A stretch of DNA of 40,000 bases from Virgibacillus siamensis (lineage in GTDB: Bacteria > Bacillota > Bacilli > Bacillales > Amphibacillaceae): assembly GCF_900162695.1 (NCBI RefSeq), contig NZ_FUIH01000007.1:1-40000 (forward strand), read 5' to 3'. The translations under genes and the position numbers were made by a program. Positions 1 to 8,259 of the stretch are shown in pieces. How positions within the stretch are numbered: position 1 is the first letter of the stretch; every line of letters begins with the position of its first letter. The notes beneath the pieces are model-generated. The model was not told the DNA's origin. It searched no databases and saw nothing but the letters and a program-made list of their open reading frames with translations.

Positions 1-212
1 GTACCAGTTGTTCCGCCAGGAGCATGGCTGGGTAGCTACGTGTGGTCAGGATAAGTGCTGAAAGCATCTAAGCATGAAGCCCCCCTCAAGATGAGACTTC
101 CCATCACTTCGAGTGAGTAAGATCCCTCAGAGACGATGAGGTTGATAGGTCCGAGGTGGAAGCGTGGTGACACGTGGAGCTGACGGATACTAATCGATCG
201 AGGACTTAACTA
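1..212 (+). rRNA. rrl: 23S rRNA, 3-prime terminal ~210 nt (gene begins upstream of window)
   Basis: ggataagtgctgaaagcatctaagcatgaagcc ... ctaatcgatcgaggacttaac is the conserved Bacillus-type 23S 3-prime end as I remember it. It is followed by 5S and a tRNA array, as in Bacillus rrn operons. The end coordinate is approximate. Confidence 0.9.
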
Positions 213-351
213 TATCTTTTGATGAACCGTTGCAAGTACGCTTATTCAGTTTTTGAGGTATAAAATTTTTAAAACCTCTTGCATTTCTTGTCGGAAATGC
301 ATATAATATATCTTGTCCTTCCAATTAGAAAGGACATGTTTCATGTCTGAA

Positions 352-470
352 GGTCTGGTAGCAATAGCGGAGAGGTCACACCTGTTCCCATGCCGAACAC
401 AGTAGTTAAGCTCTCCAGCGCCGATGGTAGTTGGGGCTTTGCCCCTGCAAGAGTAGGACGCCGCCAGGCT
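352..470 (+). rRNA. rrf: 5S rRNA
   Basis: ggtctggtagcaatagcggagaggtcacacctgttcccatgccgaacacag...gagtaggacgccgccaggct closely resembles Bacillus 5S rRNA. It lies ~140 nt after the 23S end. Confidence 0.92.
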
Positions 471-608
471 TGATGATACATACATGGCTTAGCGCTGATT
501 CATTTGAAAGACTTCAATAAAGGTCTCAAGGAAAATAGCCGCCAAGGTTGTCATGTAACAGATAATTATGTATAATTTATTGTTGCATCGGATTACTGTT
601 TGCATTAT

Positions 609-683
609 TCCACAGTAGCTCAGCGGTAGAGCAATCGGCTGTTAACCGATCGGTCGCAGGTTCGATTCCTGCCTGTGGAGCCA
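609..683 (+). tRNA. tRNA-Asn (GTT)
   Basis: 75-nt cloverleaf. Acceptor tccacag/ctgtgga, anticodon loop ctgttaa, T-loop ggttcgattcc, CCA encoded. Confidence 0.95.
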
Positions 684-684
684 T

Positions 685-776
685 GGAGAGCTGTCCGAGA
701 GGCCGAAGGAGCACGATTGGAAATCGTGTAGACCGCTATCGCGGTCTCGAGGGTTCGAATCCCTCGCTCTCCGCCA
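685..776 (+). tRNA. tRNA-Ser (GGA)
   Basis: 92 nt with a long variable arm. Anticodon stem cacga/tcgtg with loop ttggaaa, T-loop ggttcgaatcc, CCA encoded. Confidence 0.93.
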
Positions 777-791
777 TTTTTATTCAGCATT

Positions 792-866
792 GGCCCGTTG
801 GTCAAGTGGTTAAGACACCGCCCTTTCACGGCGGTAACACGGGTTCGAATCCCGTACGGGTCACCA
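792..866 (+). tRNA. tRNA-Glu (TTC)
   Basis: 75 nt. Anticodon stem ccgcc/ggcgg with loop ctttcac, T-loop ggttcgaatcc, CCA encoded. Confidence 0.95.
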
Positions 867-875
867 CTATTATAT

Positions 876-951
876 GGAGGATTAGCTCAGCTGGGAGAGC
901 ACCTGCCTTACAAGCAGGGGGTCGCAGGTTCGAGCCCTGCATCCTCCACCA
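876..951 (+). tRNA. tRNA-Val (TAC)
   Basis: 76 nt. Acceptor ggaggat/atcctcc, anticodon loop cttacaa, CCA encoded. Confidence 0.95.
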
Positions 952-965
952 TTTAACTTTCATAT

Positions 966-1042
<77 letters not shown>

Positions 1043-1064
1043 ATTTTACTTCAAATACATATCT

Positions 1065-1141
1065 GGTCCGGTAGTTCAGCTGGTTAGAATGCCTGCCTGT
1101 CACGCAGGAGGTCGCGGGTTCGAGTCCCGTCCGGACCGCCA
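1065..1141 (+). tRNA. tRNA-Asp (GTC)
   Basis: 77 nt. Acceptor ggtccgg/ccggacc, anticodon loop ctgtcac, CCA encoded. Confidence 0.95.
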
Positions 1142-1239
1142 CTAATTATTTGACTCATTTACATATGAATAGCGTTGTTAAGGTATTTATTTAGTTCAGC
1201 AAGTACATGAATTATTATATGTTGCAAACATTCCATTAA

Positions 1240-1315
1240 GGCTCTGTAGCTCAGTCGGTAGAGCAAGGGACTGAAAATCCCTGTGTCGGCGGTTCGATTC
1301 CGTCCGGAGCCACCA
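1240..1315 (+). tRNA. tRNA-Phe (GAA)
   Basis: 76 nt. Acceptor ggctctg/ccggagcc, anticodon loop ctgaaaa, CCA encoded. Confidence 0.95.
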
Positions 1316-1322
1316 TTTATGT

Positions 1323-1407
1323 GGAGGGGTAGCGAAGTGGCTAAACGCGGCGGACTGTAAATCCGCTCCCTCTGGGTTCGGCAGTTCGAATCTGCCCCCC
1401 TCCACCA
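1323..1407 (+). tRNA. tRNA-Tyr (GTA)
   Basis: 85 nt with a long variable arm. Anticodon stem gcgga/tccgc with loop ctgtaaa, CCA encoded. Confidence 0.94.
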
Positions 1408-1416
1408 TTTTTTTAT

Positions 1417-1490
1417 AGGGGTATAGTTTAATGGTAAAACGAAGGTCTCCAAAACCTTTGATGTGGGTTCGATTCCTACTACCCCTGCCA
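1417..1490 (+). tRNA. tRNA-Trp (CCA)
   Basis: 74 nt. Acceptor aggggta/tacccct, anticodon loop ctccaaa, CCA encoded. Confidence 0.94.
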
Positions 1491-1502
1491 TAATTATATA
1501 AT

Positions 1503-1579
1503 GGCGGTCGTGGCGAAGCGGTTAACGCACCGGATTGTGGCTCCGGCATACGTGGGTTCGATCCCCACCGGTCGCCCCA
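1503..1579 (+). tRNA. tRNA-His (GTG)
   Basis: 77 nt including the extra 5-prime G(-1). Anticodon stem ccgga/tccgg with loop ttgtggc, CCA encoded. Confidence 0.94.
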
Positions 1580-1595
1580 TTTTTAATTTAATAAT

Positions 1596-1667
1596 TGGGC
1601 CATAGCCAAGCGGTAAGGCATCGGGTTTTGATCCCGTGTATCCTAGGTTCGAATCCTAGTGGCCCAG
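1596..1667 (+). tRNA. tRNA-Gln (TTG)
   Basis: 72 nt. Acceptor tgggcca/tggccca, anticodon loop ttttgat. 3-prime CCA is not encoded (cct follows). Confidence 0.92.
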
Positions 1668-1675
1668 CCTTTTCT

Positions 1676-1750
1676 GCGGAAGTAGTTCAGTGGTAGAACA
1701 CCACCTTGCCAAGGTGGGGGTCGCGGGTTCGAATCCCGTCTTCCGCTCCA
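1676..1750 (+). tRNA. tRNA-Gly (GCC)
   Basis: 75 nt. Acceptor gcggaag/cttccgc, anticodon loop ttgccaa, CCA encoded. Confidence 0.95.
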
Positions 1751-1770
1751 TTTTAAGAGTAAGCGTTTTT

Positions 1771-1844
<74 letters not shown>

Positions 1845-1851
1845 AACACAT

Positions 1852-1933
1852 GCCGGTGTGGCGGAATTGGCAGACGCGCACGACTCAAAATCGTGTTCCT
1901 TCGGGAGTGTCGGTTCGAACCCGACCACCGGTA
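1852..1933 (+). tRNA. tRNA-Leu (CAA); its 3-prime half is the island attachment site
   Basis: 82 nt with a long variable arm. Acceptor gccggtg/caccggt, anticodon loop ctcaaaa, CCA not encoded. Positions 1878-1933 are duplicated at 16465-16520. Confidence 0.93.
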
Positions 1934-1935
1934 TC
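1878..1935 (+). repeat. attL (58-bp direct repeat, 3-prime half of tRNA-Leu)
   Basis: gcacgactcaaaatcgtgttccttcgggagtgtcggttcgaAcccgaccaccggtatc. It is identical to 16465-16522 except 1919 a versus 16506 c. Confidence 0.93.
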
Positions 1936-1959
1936 GATTTTCAAAGTTTAATAATCGGT

Positions 1960-1995
1960 AATTGAACGTGAATATACCGTCAAATCAACGTTTCT
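1960..1995 (+). repeat. sub-terminal island repeat, left copy
   Basis: aattgaacgtgaatataccgtcaaatcaacgtttct resembles aattgacgtttgaatatacggtcaaatcacggtttct at 16399-16435. Same orientation, and both copies lie just inside the att repeats. Confidence 0.6.
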
Positions 1996-2107
1996 CCATT
2001 GTGGGGAAGCGTTTTTTTGTGTTTAAAATACGTTAGTTTTTAGTGTTTTCCTACCGTCTCTAATCGTGTGCGTTAATCGTGCGAATAGTTACGAAGGGGG
2101 GTAAGCT

Positions 2108-3097
2108 ATGGCAAGACGTAAGAACAACTTAAATGACCGTGAATTATCTATCGTCAGAAAAAGTGATAAGTCGTATGCAGAAACGTTTAAAGAAGCGATT
2201 GATTTATTTGTGACTGATTGCGATTTACGTAATTTAAGACCGTTTACTATCCGTTATTATCAAAACGAACTACAAGCGTTTCTAAACCAATTAGAAGAAC
2301 AAGGGATAGATATGAAAGAGTTAAAGCCCTATAACGTTACGGAAGAACATATCCAAGAAAATGTTATCCGTTACATGCGTATTTACAAAGGTACTAAGAT
2401 TGTTTCAATCAATACCCGTTTACGTGGGCTACGTTCGTTCTTTAATTTCCTTCACAAGAAGAAGCACATTCCTAAAAATCCAATGGAGAATATAACGTTA
2501 TTGAAAGATAGAAAACATGTAATTCCTACGTTCTCAAAAGAACAATTAAATATGTTGTTTAATCAACCCGATTTAACGACGTTTACGGGAGTTCGTGACT
2601 ATACAATAATGATGGTTTTCCTTGAAACTGGAATACGTGTGAATGAACTTGTAGGGCTATCACTAGCTGATATTCAATGGGAAGATAGTCTATTGAGGAT
2701 AAGGAACGCTAAGACGTATAGAGAACGTCTAGTACCCATTCAAAGCGAAATGAAGAAGCAATTAAAGAAGTATATCTCCATTAGGGGAGTAGTCGAAAGT
2801 GACGCTTTATTTGTAACCATTGACGGAACACCTTTGTTAAGAAGGTCAGTACAACAACGAATCGACATATACGGGGTGAAAGCCAAAATAAAAGATGTTC
2901 GTTGTAGTCCTCATACATTCCGCCATACGTTCGCAAAACTAAGCGTTCAACAAGGGGCTAATATCTTCGAATTGCAGACCATTCTAGGACATACAAGCAT
3001 GGAAATAGTTAAGACCTATGTAAACCTATTCGGAAATGATGTAAGGGAAAGACATAAGGATTTTTCGCCGTTAAAGGTATTAAAGAAACGGAGGTAA
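2108..3097 (+). CDS. tyrosine recombinase / integrase (int1)
   Basis: 329 aa. N-terminal SAM-like core-binding region. Catalytic-type motifs ETGIRVNEL, SPHTFRHTFA and LGHTSMEIVKTYV (R..HxxR..Y). RBS gaagggggg. Located 170 nt from attL. Confidence 0.9.
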   Translation: MARRKNNLNDRELSIVRKSDKSYAETFKEAIDLFVTDCDLRNLRPFTIRYYQNELQAFLNQLEEQGIDMKELKPYNVTEEHIQENVIRYMRIYKGTKIVSINTRLRGLRSFFNFLHKKKHIPKNPMENITLLKDRKHVIPTFSKEQLNMLFNQPDLTTFTGVRDYTIMMVFLETGIRVNELVGLSLADIQWEDSLLRIRNAKTYRERLVPIQSEMKKQLKKYISIRGVVESDALFVTIDGTPLLRRSVQQRIDIYGVKAKIKDVRCSPHTFRHTFAKLSVQQGANIFELQTILGHTSMEIVKTYVNLFGNDVRERHKDFSPLKVLKKRR

Positions 3098-3102
3098 CGA
3101 AA

Positions 3103-3300
3103 TTGAACAACCTTCCTAATATCGACAATATGACTACCGTAGAGGCTATCCATTGGTACACGGGGGAGGTTGCTAAAGTTACTAGCCGTAAAGCACGTAT
3201 CAATGGAACTTATTCAGAGGAATATTTAAAGGCTTTGAATGAGTGGAAGCTACGCCTTAACAAAAGGTGTAAATTTGACCGTAAGCAAAGAATGTTTTAG
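3103..3300 (+). CDS. small hypothetical protein (65 aa) directly downstream of int1
   Basis: ORF with a TTG start 5 nt after the int1 stop. No recognisable domain. An excisionase or accessory role is only a positional guess. Confidence 0.35.
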   Translation: MNNLPNIDNMTTVEAIHWYTGEVAKVTSRKARINGTYSEEYLKALNEWKLRLNKRCKFDRKQRMF

Positions 3301-3301
3301 T

Positions 3302-3333
3302 AAAAAAGAAAAAGCCACGCGGTGCAACGCGTG
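3302..3333 (-). terminator. GC hairpin with U-run on the minus strand (possibly bidirectional)
   Basis: cacgcg-gtgcaa-cgcgtg (3316-3333), preceded on the plus strand by aaaaaagaaaaag. This gives hairpin + T-run when read on the minus strand. Confidence 0.5.
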
Positions 3334-4009
3334 ACCTCAAATCTTAGCTATAACTAAATACGGAAACCCGACTTAGCTACTTACATATATTAACGAAAAA
3401 AATTAGTATATGCAAGGCTTATTAAGTAATGCTTTTTTAGCAGCTATGCAGGTTTTCCCGTCGTGGAGTGCCGACTAATACGACGATAATATAACCTTGA
3501 AAGGTTCGCCCTGCCGACGCAATAACAAGGGCTAGGACACGCTTTAACGTTCCCTATTGCGTTTTGTGTCCGAAGGGTGAAAAGCTACCCCTAAGTGCTG
3601 AACGAAGGAAGGGTAGACCGTTTACGGACGGTGTAGGACAAGCCACAACTAACATAGAATCCATTTCTAGTCCCACAATAAAAGGGTGTCGAATTAGCTA
3701 ACTGAAAAGCCAAAGCGTAAGGTTAGGGACTATGTGAACCTGCTAGGGCTACTTGTTGCAGTAGGCTTGTTAAGGAGAAATCTTTTCGTTAATAGGGATA
3801 CACTGCGGACACCTCAATAATTCCCGACGGATGTTGTCCAAGTATAACGACTATTCTTATAGCAGATTATTTTTTAAAAATCTCGTTATAAGGTAGTCGT
3901 TACTATGCCTTACGTATTCCTAAACTAGCCCTCAAGATGTTGCCAAAGATAAATACCAAATGCAAGTCTAAGGACGAAAATAATCATTAAAAAAAGGATT
4001 AGATACAAT
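3334..4009. other. ORF-free, comparatively GC-rich, hairpin-dense region (candidate large structured RNA or cis-acting site)
   Basis: No ORF of 60 aa or more on either strand for ~0.7 kb. Many local helices, e.g. cgtcgt/acgacg 3459-3485, gccct/agggc 3508-3531, ggacacgc/gcgt..gtgtcc 3534-3571, accgt/acggt ~3617-3632. There is also a ~58-nt extended hairpin at 3845-3902 (taacgacta/tagtcgtta plus inner pairs). Confidence 0.4.
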
Positions 4010-4168
4010 ATGGATAACCGCCAAGCGTTAGGATATATGTTACTAGCTTGTAAAAACATTCGATTTGATAAAGAAACTTAAAGGGCTATGTATTTCCAAT
4101 TCGATATGAAAACGGAGGAAGAAGCCGAGGAAATAGGACATTATTGGTATAACGAATTACTAAAATAA
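4010..4168 (+). pseudogene. small ORF (~52 codons) interrupted by an in-frame TAA
   Basis: MDNRQALGYMLLACKNIRFDKET-TAA(4079-4081)-RAMYFQFDMKTEEEAEEIGHYWYNELLK. The same frame stays open on both sides of the stop. Confidence 0.4.
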
Positions 4169-4341
4169 TAATAATTTCAGTTCGTAAATACTTCAAGTAA
4201 GACCTAGATAATTGGTTTTTTATGTTAAAATGATAATGAAATATTACAAAGTTTATAAATGGGTGCACCTACACTAAAGTGGCAGGAAAGTGCAACAAGA
4301 ATAGTATAAGATGGTTACATATAGAAACAAAGAAGGGGTGA

Positions 4342-4893
4342 ATGATTATGATGGTCAGTCCAAAAGAGTTTTTTCAAAAAGATTTGAGATATATTATTAG
4401 GTCTGCGGTAGAAGCGGATGGAGAAAATCTATCTGATGTAAGGGTACAAATAGATGGTGAAACAGAAAATATGGATAGAGAAAAAGGTGAAGCGTTTATT
4501 GATGAAGTAAGTTTTAAACAGCTTATCAAAGAAGATGCAGAAAGTCCTCATAATCTTTTTTTGGTTTGTGAAGTGAATGGAAGAATTGTTGGTTTTTCAA
4601 GGTGTGAAGGGAACCATTTGAAAAGGTTGTCGCATAAAGTTGAGTTTGGTGTTTGTGTACTAAAGGATTTCTGGGGATATGGCATTGGAACAAACTTGTT
4701 AAAAGAAACAACTAAATGGGCTGATACAAAAGGAATCAAAAAGATTATATTGAATGTACTTGAAACGAATGGAAATGCAATAAAGCTTTATAAAAAATAT
4801 GGATTTGAAATAGAAGGAATACTAAAGAATGACAAACTATTGTCGGATGGGAACTATTATAACACCGTAGTAATGGGAAGGTTTAACGGATAA
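4342..4893 (+). CDS. GNAT family N-acetyltransferase
   Basis: 183 aa. Acetyl-CoA-binding type motif FWGYGIGTNLL ... NGNAIKLYKKYGFEIEG. RBS gaagggg. The true start may be an ATG 6-9 nt downstream. Confidence 0.85.
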   Translation: MIMMVSPKEFFQKDLRYIIRSAVEADGENLSDVRVQIDGETENMDREKGEAFIDEVSFKQLIKEDAESPHNLFLVCEVNGRIVGFSRCEGNHLKRLSHKVEFGVCVLKDFWGYGIGTNLLKETTKWADTKGIKKIILNVLETNGNAIKLYKKYGFEIEGILKNDKLLSDGNYYNTVVMGRFNG

Positions 4894-5004
4894 ACTCCCT
4901 TATTTAACATAAGGGTGTGAATGCTGAACGAGGTTTTTGACTTTCTTTTTTTGAATTAAAGTAGCAGAATTCTTCAATAAGATTTAATGATAAGGGGTTA
5001 GGTA

Positions 5005-5400
5005 ATGCGAGATAGAGGTTCGGTAGTAATAGTAGATAATAAAAAGGTTGGACTAATTCAAAGAATTAGAGATGGTTATACTTATTATGTTTTTCCTGGT
5101 GGAGGAATAGAGGGTGATGAAACACCAGAAGAAGGTGCAAAAAGAGAAGCCCTTGAAGAATTGGGAGTAGAAGTAAAGGTTAATGAGTGCATAGCAAAAG
5201 TTGAATTTAGTGGAACGCAATATTTTTACTTATCCGAAATTGTAGAAGGAACATTTGGAACTGGGCAAGGCGAAGAGTACACCAACGAAAAGAGAGATAG
5301 AGGAACATATTTGCCAATGTGGATAGATATAGATAAGTTATCGTCTATTGATGTTAAACCGAGAGAAGTCGCTTTAAAAATTCAATCATTATTCAATTAA
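5005..5400 (+). CDS. Nudix hydrolase
   Basis: 131 aa. Nudix box GGGIEGDETPEEGAKREALEELGV fits Gx5Ex7REUxEExGU. RBS aagggg. Confidence 0.88.
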   Translation: MRDRGSVVIVDNKKVGLIQRIRDGYTYYVFPGGGIEGDETPEEGAKREALEELGVEVKVNECIAKVEFSGTQYFYLSEIVEGTFGTGQGEEYTNEKRDRGTYLPMWIDIDKLSSIDVKPREVALKIQSLFN

Positions 5401-5530
5401 GGCAGGACATAGTATTTTTTTGAACACTTTCATGGGGTGTTCTTTTTATTTGCTAAACAAATATCGTAAACTTGGCAAGTTGAATAATACAAATTGAAAT
5501 ATAGTTCCTATCAAGGGAGGATTACATAGT

Positions 5531-6274
5531 ATGAAAGGTGAAGTTTATCGAAGTGGTGAATCTATTTATATAAATAAACCCAAAGCAAACAAACTAGCAT
5601 ACACTGAATACAATGAAGAATTATTCAATATTTTAAAGTCTTATACTTGGACGGTTAAAGGGGAATATCTCTATTCTAACAAGCTAAAGAAATACCTTCA
5701 TAGATATGTGATGGAATTCTATTATGGCAAAGAAGCAATAGACGAAGCAAATAAAAAGAACTTTGTTGTTGACCATATAGACAATAACGGTTTCAATTGT
5801 CGAGTAAGTAATTTATGTTTTATCCCTAACAACTTGAATAAGGCTAAAGGATTAACTTTCGACAAAAGAAGAATCGAAATGAAAGAGGACATGACCTTAA
5901 CTTTCTATAAAGACTTCAGTACGGGACAATTCTAGATAACAATCGCTTTCCATAAAGAGTATTTTTACATTGTTAACGATAAAGCTATTCAAGTTGATAA
6001 AGCTTATTTTGTTTATGAGGATGACTTTGAACTTGTATTAAATGATTCAGGGAAAATTCTACAACAAGTAAATAAAAACGGGGAGTTCGACGAAAATAAG
6101 TTAAGTTGTAAAAAAATGCTATATCACCCCTCAACCTATATTAAGCTAACACCCGAGGAAAAGGGAAGCCCTATAATCGAAAGGGATGGAAAGCAATATA
6201 TAATTCTAAATGAACATACCCGTTTAGGAGAAATCCCACCTGATAAAAATTTATATGATGAGGACAAAATATAA
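5531..6274 (+). pseudogene. HNH-motif protein with in-frame TAG at 5933-5935 (134 + 112 codons)
   Basis: The N-terminal part contains VVDHIDNNGFNCRVSNLCFIPNNLNKAKG (HNH-like). After the TAG the same frame stays open for 112 more codons (ITIAFHKEYFYIVNDKAIQVDK...DEDKI) to TAA at 6272-6274. Confidence 0.6.
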
Positions 6275-6488
6275 AAATGATTGATAATTTTAAGGGGGAC
6301 GTTTTAGAAAAACTGATATGAGATGTTTCTAATGTTATTAGTCACAAATACCACTTGTTTTGAAGAGGTATTTAAAGAAAGGAAGTAATTTCCTACAAGT
6401 GTTATGACCCTTTGTCACAAAGATTTAACAATCGCTATAACCGTTGGCGGACAAGGGGTTCAGCCGTTTTGAAGAAAGTGCATAGAAA

Positions 6489-6540
6489 TTTTTTCAATTC
6501 AGCACTTGTATTTTAGCCCAATACAATGCCTATATAATAG
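6489..6540 (+). promoter_or_regulatory. promoter/operator copy 1 (TTGTAT-N9-ATACAA inverted repeat, TATAAT-like -10)
   Basis: gaaattttttcaattcagCACTTGTATTTTAGCCCaatacaatgccTATAATag. The 17-bp core is identical to 8012-8028. Confidence 0.5.
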
Positions 6541-6771
6541 AAACATACGATAACTTACAAAGTTAAAGTTAATCGTTGTTAAAACAAATCGCGTTAGCGA
6601 TTCGGCGAAGCCGATAAGGGTTTAAGGCGAAGTATATTCTTTTGTAAAGAATCAAAAGAGATTACGCCTTCGGCGTGTTACTCACTTCGTTCGTAACTGA
6701 ATATATACAAAAATAGATATTAAATAATTATTGTTTACAATATAAAAGAATAAGACGGGTTATCCCGTTTT
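6541..6771 (+). ncRNA. candidate ~230-nt non-coding transcript between promoter copy 1 and a hairpin terminator
   Basis: No ORF. Consecutive hairpins atcgc/gcgat, tcggc/gccga and aaggcg...cgcctt with inner attcttt/aaagaat. An alternative acgcc-ttc-ggcgt pairing exists. Ends with agacggg-ttat-cccgttt + T (6753-6771). Confidence 0.35.
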
Positions 6772-6914
6772 ATATAGTCAAGTGTTCAAAGCCTTCGCCA
6801 CAAGCCCCATGCCCCACATGGAAACGGAGGGGGCTAACACTTTTAATTACTTCTTGTTTATGTCTTTATGTGAGTGTTTACATGGTATTATTTCTCCTTT
6901 CAAAGACGAAGAAA

Positions 6915-6950
6915 CCCCCGTTTCCTTAATTGGATTCGGGGGCTTTTTTA
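6915..6950. terminator. bidirectional hairpin terminator at the 3-prime end of int2
   Basis: cccccg (6915-6920) / cggggg (6937-6942). T-run ctttttta on plus and tttcttcgtcttt on minus. Confidence 0.6.
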
Positions 6951-6953
6951 TGT

Positions 6954-7844
6954 CTAATAATCTAGTTTGTTAACGGAATCTAATAGGTTTTCTTGTGATG
7001 ATTTTACATAACGGGCAGTCATTAAAGTATTAGGCGTTCCGTCGTTCCTCATGTGTCCAAGCAGGACGGCGACTTCTTCAATAGAAACCCCTTTATTAAC
7101 TAGCGACTTAGCGAAAGTGTGTCTTAGCATGTGGGCGTGTAGCTTTTCTATTGTAACCTTTCCTTTTGAATCAGATACACTGTTGAACTTTGCTAATAGA
7201 TGATTAACGGCACGGGTTGTCATTTTGTCGCTTCGGTTTGTATCAAATAAATAGCTTCCCTTCGGCGTGTATCCTTCTTTATATGCTTTTAAATCCTTGT
7301 ATAGACTATCGTTAATAGGAACTTCGCGGAATAAACCGTCTTTACCGTTTCGAACTCTTATAAAGCGTTTATTTAAAACAACGTCTTTAGATTCTAGGTT
7401 CGTTAATTCCTCAACACGTAAGCCCGTATAAAGTAGCGTAGTTATTACCGTATATTCTCTTAACTTCGGGCGTTTACGGTCTAAGAACTCTTTATAAGCC
7501 GAACGTAAAAGTAAATCAGTTTGTTCACCAGATAACCACTTCACGGACGTATTAACTTCGCGTTTCATTTTAACTTGCTTCGTAATATCTTCCTTCATGT
7601 GTCCATTAGCTTCTAACCATTTAAAGAACACCTTTAGGCGTTTAACATGCGTGTTAATCGTTCCTACGGTTCTTCCTTCGTCTACTAATTTCTTTTGGTA
7701 CTTTGCAATATCACGAGGGATTAAAGCCTTTATATCGCTTCCTACGGTTTCTAGGAAGTCGTTAATCGTTGCCTTATGTCCTCTAATTGTATTGTGACTT
7801 TTATTTTCCGATTCTAAGTATTTCAGGTATGTATTTACTAGCAT
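6954..7844 (-). CDS. tyrosine recombinase / integrase (int2)
   Basis: 296 aa. TGLRVEEL, HAHMLRHTFAKSL and LLGHMRNDGTPNTLMTARYV motifs (R..HxxR..Y). Confidence 0.88.
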   Translation of the reverse strand: MLVNTYLKYLESENKSHNTIRGHKATINDFLETVGSDIKALIPRDIAKYQKKLVDEGRTVGTINTHVKRLKVFFKWLEANGHMKEDITKQVKMKREVNTSVKWLSGEQTDLLLRSAYKEFLDRKRPKLREYTVITTLLYTGLRVEELTNLESKDVVLNKRFIRVRNGKDGLFREVPINDSLYKDLKAYKEGYTPKGSYLFDTNRSDKMTTRAVNHLLAKFNSVSDSKGKVTIEKLHAHMLRHTFAKSLVNKGVSIEEVAVLLGHMRNDGTPNTLMTARYVKSSQENLLDSVNKLDY

Positions 7845-7997
7845 TAAGACAATTCCTTTCAGTCATTTAATAATTTTATTATATGTGGGAATCAGACGAA
7901 AATCAACTAATAGAATTTTTGTCACAATATCTCTAATAAAACCACAACTATAACTAAGGACGTATAAACGTTCACATTTAAGACAAGTTTTATAAAA

Positions 7998-8046
7998 AAA
8001 TTTTCTCCTCACACTTGTATTTTAGCCCGTTACAAAGCTAATAGAG
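7998..8046 (+). promoter_or_regulatory. promoter/operator copy 2, upstream of the rightward regulatory operon
   Basis: aaaaattttctcctcaCACTTGTATTTTAGCCCgttacaaagcTAATAGag. A direct repeat of 6489-6540. Confidence 0.5.
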
Positions 8047-8259
8047 TGAGGAAAAGAAATCACCTTTTCCTACGGATACTAATTTTTTCTGCGAAGTGTT
8101 TAGACCGATTAACATTGTCATTTTGTGTTTCTTTGGAACGGATATAAAACGGAGGTTGAGAGAGTGGGCGTTTTTAACACCTTCCTTCGTTTTTCGTCCA
8201 TTCTCTTTTTTTACTCTAAGTTGCACAAAGTAACACATTTAATAAACGGGAGGTATTGT

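Noticed and set aside
6275-6953. Third copy of the tRNA-Leu att repeat that would indicate two tandem islands
   Set aside because: I scanned the region between the two integrase modules for cggttcgaNcccgaccaccggta-like sequence and found none.
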